The notes under the pieces are model-generated. The model saw only the letters and a program-made list of their open reading frames with translations. It had not been told where the DNA came from and did not search any database. From an uncultured Muribaculaceae bacterium (GTDB lineage: Bacteria; Bacteroidota; Bacteroidia; Bacteroidales; Muribaculaceae), in NCBI GenBank assembly GCA_948788915.1, contig CAQFOZ010000002.1:11407-75406 (forward strand): a stretch of DNA of 64,000 nt, in the 5' to 3' direction. This document shows positions 59,938-64,000 of this stretch, in pieces; the stretch's first letter is position 1; every line of letters starts with the position of its first letter. The position numbers were made by a program, and so were the translations under genes.

Positions 59938-60761
59938 GTTTTTCTGTCCTCATGTCGGTTTACATTAATGACAAACCGGAATATGTAGACCGCGCTGTTC
60001 AAAGTGTGACAAAGCTTCAGACTCTGAAGCCTGATGAAATTGTTCTTGTTGTGGATGGCCCGGTTTCACAAAAGGTTTCTGAACTTATCGATTCTTTTGA
60101 GAAATCGGAAGAATATAATTTCAATGTTTTACGGTTAGCGGAGAACAAAGGGCTCGGGAATGCCCTTCGGATAGGGCTTGAGGCATCGACACACGAGATA
60201 GTCGCCAGAATGGATTCTGATGATGTCTCTTTGCCAGACCGATTCGAAAGGCAGATCTCATATCTGGAGAATCACCCCGGATGCGATGTCGTAGGAGGTC
60301 AGATATCTGAATTTGTCGGTGAAGAAAGCAATATCATAGGAGAGAGAAATGTTCCTTGTAAAAATGATGATATACACACTTGTCTAAAATGGCGCAACCC
60401 TTTTAATCATATGAGTGTAATGATGTTACGTTCACGTGTCATGGCTGTGGGCAATTACATTGACCTGTATTTGAACGAGGATTATTTTCTTTGGATCCGG
60501 ATGGCTGAGGCCGGTTGCCATTTCGCCAATCTACCAGATATATCAGTCAATGTACGTGTCGGGAAGGAGATGTACGCGCGTCGCGGAGGCTGGACGTATC
60601 TCAAAAGTCAGGAAAGACTACAACGCTATATGTTGCAACACAAACTTATCGGATTGCCTCGCTACCTGCTTAATGTCGCGGGCCGTTTCACCATTCAGGT
60701 GGCGATGCCGGACTCTCTGCGGGGATGGATCTATCAGAAATTTTTCAGAAATAAAAATTGA
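59934..60761 (+). CDS. Glycosyltransferase family 2 (AmsE-like)
   Basis: FSVLMSVY, VVDGP, RMDSDD, NPFNH, EDYFLW; ATGA overlap with the GH31 stop. Confidence 0.92.
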   Translation: MSFSVLMSVYINDKPEYVDRAVQSVTKLQTLKPDEIVLVVDGPVSQKVSELIDSFEKSEEYNFNVLRLAENKGLGNALRIGLEASTHEIVARMDSDDVSLPDRFERQISYLENHPGCDVVGGQISEFVGEESNIIGERNVPCKNDDIHTCLKWRNPFNHMSVMMLRSRVMAVGNYIDLYLNEDYFLWIRMAEAGCHFANLPDISVNVRVGKEMYARRGGWTYLKSQERLQRYMLQHKLIGLPRYLLNVAGRFTIQVAMPDSLRGWIYQKFFRNKN

Positions 60762-60942
60762 TATGCTTTTAAAGCATGTCTGGGTTTGATTTAAGAAGAC
60801 CTCAACGACTGGGAATGAAAAAACAAGTTTCATTCTCAGCCGCTTGTTTAATTTGACTAATAAGTCAATTTTTTAAGAAACTCTAAAATTTTCGGTCACT
60901 ATTGCACAAATAAAAATTTGTTATTAACTTTGCAACTGAAAA

Positions 60943-61027
60943 GGAGAGATGGCAGAGTGGTCGATCGCGGCGGTCTTGAAAACCGTTGAGGGTAACACCT
61001 CCGGGGGTTCGAATCCCTCTCTCTCCG
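60943..61027 (+). tRNA. tRNA-Ser (anticodon TGA)
   Basis: GGAGAGA/TCTCTCC acceptor, GCGGT-CTTGAAA-ACCGT anticodon arm, long variable arm, GGTTCGAATCC; TAACTTTG promoter at 60925-60932. Confidence 0.97.
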
Positions 61028-61133
61028 CTAATAACAAAGTTAATTCCGCTGTTAGTCAATAACTTGCAGCGGTTTTAGTTTTATATACATACAAAAAAAA
61101 ACATATACAATTTAGGATCAGCGGATTTTCCCG

Positions 61134-61372
61134 GTTGGCGGTGCTGGAACTGAAGCCGGTAAACTTATATCCGCCATGTATGAGGAGGCGCTGGAGTGCA
61201 AGGTGTTCCGTGTATCTTCTACCACTGGGTGGAAATGGCAAGTTACCTGGTTCACAAGACCCGCACGGCGATATTGATTATGAATTCGCAAGGAACCCAT
61301 GCAAAGGCAGTTTTCGACACCAGAAATATCACCCGGAATCTTGCCTACAGGAGTAATATCGAACCGCTTTAA
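61134..61372 (+). pseudogene. Deleted and frameshifted remnant of a nucleotide-sugar dehydrogenase (WbpA/WecC-like)
   Basis: Frames give VGGAGTEAGKLISAMYEEALECKVFRVSS..VEMA, then PHGDIDYEFARN / HAKAVFDTRNITRNLAYRSNIEPL*, matching the middle and C-terminus of the family. Confidence 0.7.
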
Positions 61373-61381
61373 TCATTCGAC

Positions 61382-61945
61382 ATGGAAGATAAGAACTATT
61401 ACGTACATCCGTCGAGCTATATCGATGAAAATGTAACCATAGGCGACGGCACAAAGATATGGCACTTCTGCCATGTGCAGACCGGAGCCTCAATAGGGCG
61501 CGACTGTACCCTGGGACAGAATGTGTATGTCGGCAGCAAAGTCAGAATCGGCAACGGAGTGCATATCCAGAACAATGTATCGGTGTATGAGGGGGTTGAG
61601 ATCGAAGACAATGTGTTTTGCGGTCCCTCAGTCTGCTTTACCAACGTAAAGTTTCCGCGTGCGCATTTCCCTGTTCATGGCATATATGAAAAGACACTCG
61701 TCAGAGAGGGGGCGACACTGGGGGCGAACTGTACTATAATCTGCGGTCATGTCATAGGTCGCGGAGCGTTCATTGCCGCCGGTGCCGTAGTTACTGGAGA
61801 TGTCAAGGACTATGCGCTTATAACCGGTGTTCCTGCCCGGCAGGCAGGCTGGGTGTGCGAGTGCGGACACCGGCTCGATGAAACCCTTAAATGTCCATGC
61901 GGAAGAGAGTATTCGCTTGACGGAGAATTTCTGAAGAAGCATTGA
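61382..61945 (+). CDS. Hexapeptide-repeat N-acetyltransferase (WbpD-like)
   Basis: IGDGTKIWHF, IQNNVSVYEGV, FCGPS..FTN, GVPARQAGWVCECG. Confidence 0.9.
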   Translation: MEDKNYYVHPSSYIDENVTIGDGTKIWHFCHVQTGASIGRDCTLGQNVYVGSKVRIGNGVHIQNNVSVYEGVEIEDNVFCGPSVCFTNVKFPRAHFPVHGIYEKTLVREGATLGANCTIICGHVIGRGAFIAAGAVVTGDVKDYALITGVPARQAGWVCECGHRLDETLKCPCGREYSLDGEFLKKH

Positions 61946-62003
61946 CTATGCAATTCAAGGATTTAAAACGGCAATCCGGAAGGCACGGACAAGAGTAGCT
62001 GAT

Positions 62004-63272
62004 ATGAAATCCAATTCCGACAATACGCTTTTCAGGAATATCCTCAAACTTATAACGGGTGAGGGTATCGGCAGAGCCATCGGATTCATGGCGGCATTGG
62101 TCATCACACGGTTATATACACCGTCCGACTTTGGAATACTTGCGGTCTTCACTTCATTGTGCGCTTTGTTTTATCCGTTCTGTACGCTTAGATATTGCCT
62201 CGCCATTCCATTACATTCCAATGAGAGAGTCGGTATCAACTCACTGGCTGCATGCCTCTGTGTGCTTGTCATCAACACTGTGATTGCAGGTATCGCATTG
62301 CTGTTTTTCCATTCTCCTGTTCTTGCATTCTTCTCTTCCGCGAGCATAGATGCCTTCTGGTATTTTATTCCGATGGCATTCCTGTTTCACGGAATATCTG
62401 AAATACTGTCATATTATTCTACGCGCTACCGCGATTTTACAACAATTGCAAAAGTCTCGGTAGCCCGAATGTCAGTCGGAGCATTGACTAAAATAATCCT
62501 CGGGATGTTCCGTTTCAACGTCACGGGGCTGCTTATAGGAACCATCATGGCGGAAAGCGGAGGGCTGACAATGTTCATACGCGCTTGTTGGAAAAGACTG
62601 AAAGCACACGCACGCGATGTGACTTTGGGAAGGATCCGTTTTGTACTTAAACGGTATATCGGCTTTCCGTTATACCGAGTTCCGTCACAACTACTTCTTA
62701 TATCCTCCGGAAGTCTCCCAATTCTTTACTTCGCGTGGCATTTCGGCAGCGGCACGACGGGTCAGATCAGTTTGGCGATAAATTTGTTGTCAGCAACGGT
62801 TTCAATCGCAGGCGCATCAGTCGGAAAGGCGTTCTACGGTGAGATCGCTTCACTGGGAATGAGAAACATAAAGGAGATCCGCACCCTTACCCTGCGGATA
62901 ATGACACGACTGTTTGCTATAAGCATCCTCCCTTTTACGCTTATAATCTGTTTCGGACCCTGGATATTCCAGACCTTCTTCGGAGCCGAATGGACAGATG
63001 CAGGAGTTTTTGCCCGCTATCTCTGTTTCTATCTGATATTCCGGTTTGTTTACAGCCCGATAAGCGACGGCATATTCAATGTGTTCGAGCAGCAGAAACT
63101 CGTGTTCCTGCTTGAGGTGTCACGTGTAGTGATTGTGGCCTTGAGTCTCTTTATATCTTACCTCTATAGCTTTTCCGTTGCTTATACAATTATCATTTAC
63201 AGCCTCGCCCTTACAGTCCAATATATACTCTCCATTCTTTTGGTGTTTCATATTTTAAGAAAAACGTTATGA
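62004..63272 (+). CDS. wzx: Wzx-type polysaccharide flippase
   Basis: ITRLYTPSDFG, multi-TM, polysaccharide locus context. Confidence 0.85.
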   Translation: MKSNSDNTLFRNILKLITGEGIGRAIGFMAALVITRLYTPSDFGILAVFTSLCALFYPFCTLRYCLAIPLHSNERVGINSLAACLCVLVINTVIAGIALLFFHSPVLAFFSSASIDAFWYFIPMAFLFHGISEILSYYSTRYRDFTTIAKVSVARMSVGALTKIILGMFRFNVTGLLIGTIMAESGGLTMFIRACWKRLKAHARDVTLGRIRFVLKRYIGFPLYRVPSQLLLISSGSLPILYFAWHFGSGTTGQISLAINLLSATVSIAGASVGKAFYGEIASLGMRNIKEIRTLTLRIMTRLFAISILPFTLIICFGPWIFQTFFGAEWTDAGVFARYLCFYLIFRFVYSPISDGIFNVFEQQKLVFLLEVSRVVIVALSLFISYLYSFSVAYTIIIYSLALTVQYILSILLVFHILRKTL

Positions 63273-64000
63273 GTAAGATTTGTTTTGTAACATATCATAA
63301 TTGGAGCACCAAAAGGCATGGAGGTTTCCATCAGTTTGCCCGATATTGCGCCGAAACAGGTAATGATGTGATCTTCTTTAGCTTCAGCCGCCCATACCAT
63401 ATCAGATTAATGCATGACGAAAGACTGAACAAAAATGTACTTAAAGAACTGACAGCAGGCAAGGAATACAAAGTGGGCAAAGGGAAAGTCATCAATGTAA
63501 CCTGGCCCACATTGGCCATACCGGTGCGATTTAGAAGATTTATGCCTTATTGGCTGGTCGAATGGGCTGTAACGAAGTCATTTACGTCTTTCACCAAATT
63601 TAAAGAGAAATGGCTTGAGGGCACAGACTGTTTTGTCTTTGAGTCTTGCGATGCATTGTTGCTTGCCCCTAAAATAAAACTTCTTTTCCCTGATGCCAGG
63701 CTGATATACCGTCTATCAGATCCAATGTGGGAACTCTCTGCTGACTTCCATGCCGGGAAGGAGGAGAAAAGAATGATTGAACTTGCAGATAAAATACTTA
63801 CAGTCAACGAAGAGTCTATAGAAGGATATATGAAAACTTTTCCCGATGTCTATGACAAGGAGAAATTCATCTGCATATTCAATGGAGTTGATCTTGCCGC
63901 ATATAAGAAGAACTATCCTAAACCGGACCTGCTGAGACATCAAAAGACGGCATGCTATATCGGAGGCAGCCAACCTGACTGGAATTTAATAGAAACAGCC
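63269..64000 (+). CDS. GT-B glycosyltransferase, GumK-like; truncated at the window edge
   Basis: Manual translation MSKICFVTYHNWSTKRHGGFHQF...FVFES...ARLIYRLSDP...NGVD, open to the end; ATGA overlap with wzx. Confidence 0.75.
   Translation, partial: MSKICFVTYHNWSTKRHGGFHQFARYCAETGNDVIFFSFSRPYHIRLMHDERLNKNVLKELTAGKEYKVGKGKVINVTWPTLAIPVRFRRFMPYWLVEWAVTKSFTSFTKFKEKWLEGTDCFVFESCDALLLAPKIKLLFPDARLIYRLSDPMWELSADFHAGKEEKRMIELADKILTVNEESIEGYMKTFPDVYDKEKFICIFNGVDLAAYKKNYPKPDLLRHQKTACYIGGSQPDWNLIETA

Noticed and set aside
61135..61356. 73 aa ORF in the track
   Set aside because: Chimera of pseudogene frames, not a real gene

Overview
Bacteroidales chromosomal window. The TAnnTTTG promoters, gene content and gene order point to a gut Bacteroidales, possibly Muribaculaceae (inference). 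Most of it is housekeeping: pckA, K+/H+ antiporter, tyrS, topA, folD, nadB, S41 protease, mfd, yebC, pheT, pssA/psd, secDF, birA, tsaE and carboxynorspermidine dehydrogenase. It also carries a GT2/GT90 surface-glycan cluster, a Ser-type sulfatase, tandem histidine acid phosphatases, a GH31, tRNA-Pro(CGG) and tRNA-Ser(TGA). I found no CRISPR array, integrase, transposase or recognisable defence system, and I cannot demonstrate a complete new system. The unexplained signals are mostly non-coding: (i) a ~250 nt multi-state structured leader in front of an accessory two-gene unit; (ii) two ~190-200 bp palindromic MITE/RPE-like elements sharing a CAGTCGCATA-N6-TATGCTCC core; (iii) three REP-like hairpins with a conserved loop and covarying stems; (iv) three strand-biased 9-mer (CCCTAAAGA-like) arrays; (v) two near-identical 26 bp palindromes just downstream of promoters. 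A polysaccharide locus next to tRNA-Ser begins with a deleted, frameshifted nucleotide-sugar dehydrogenase remnant that the ORF track misses. Product calls come from recognising motifs by eye; no database search was run.
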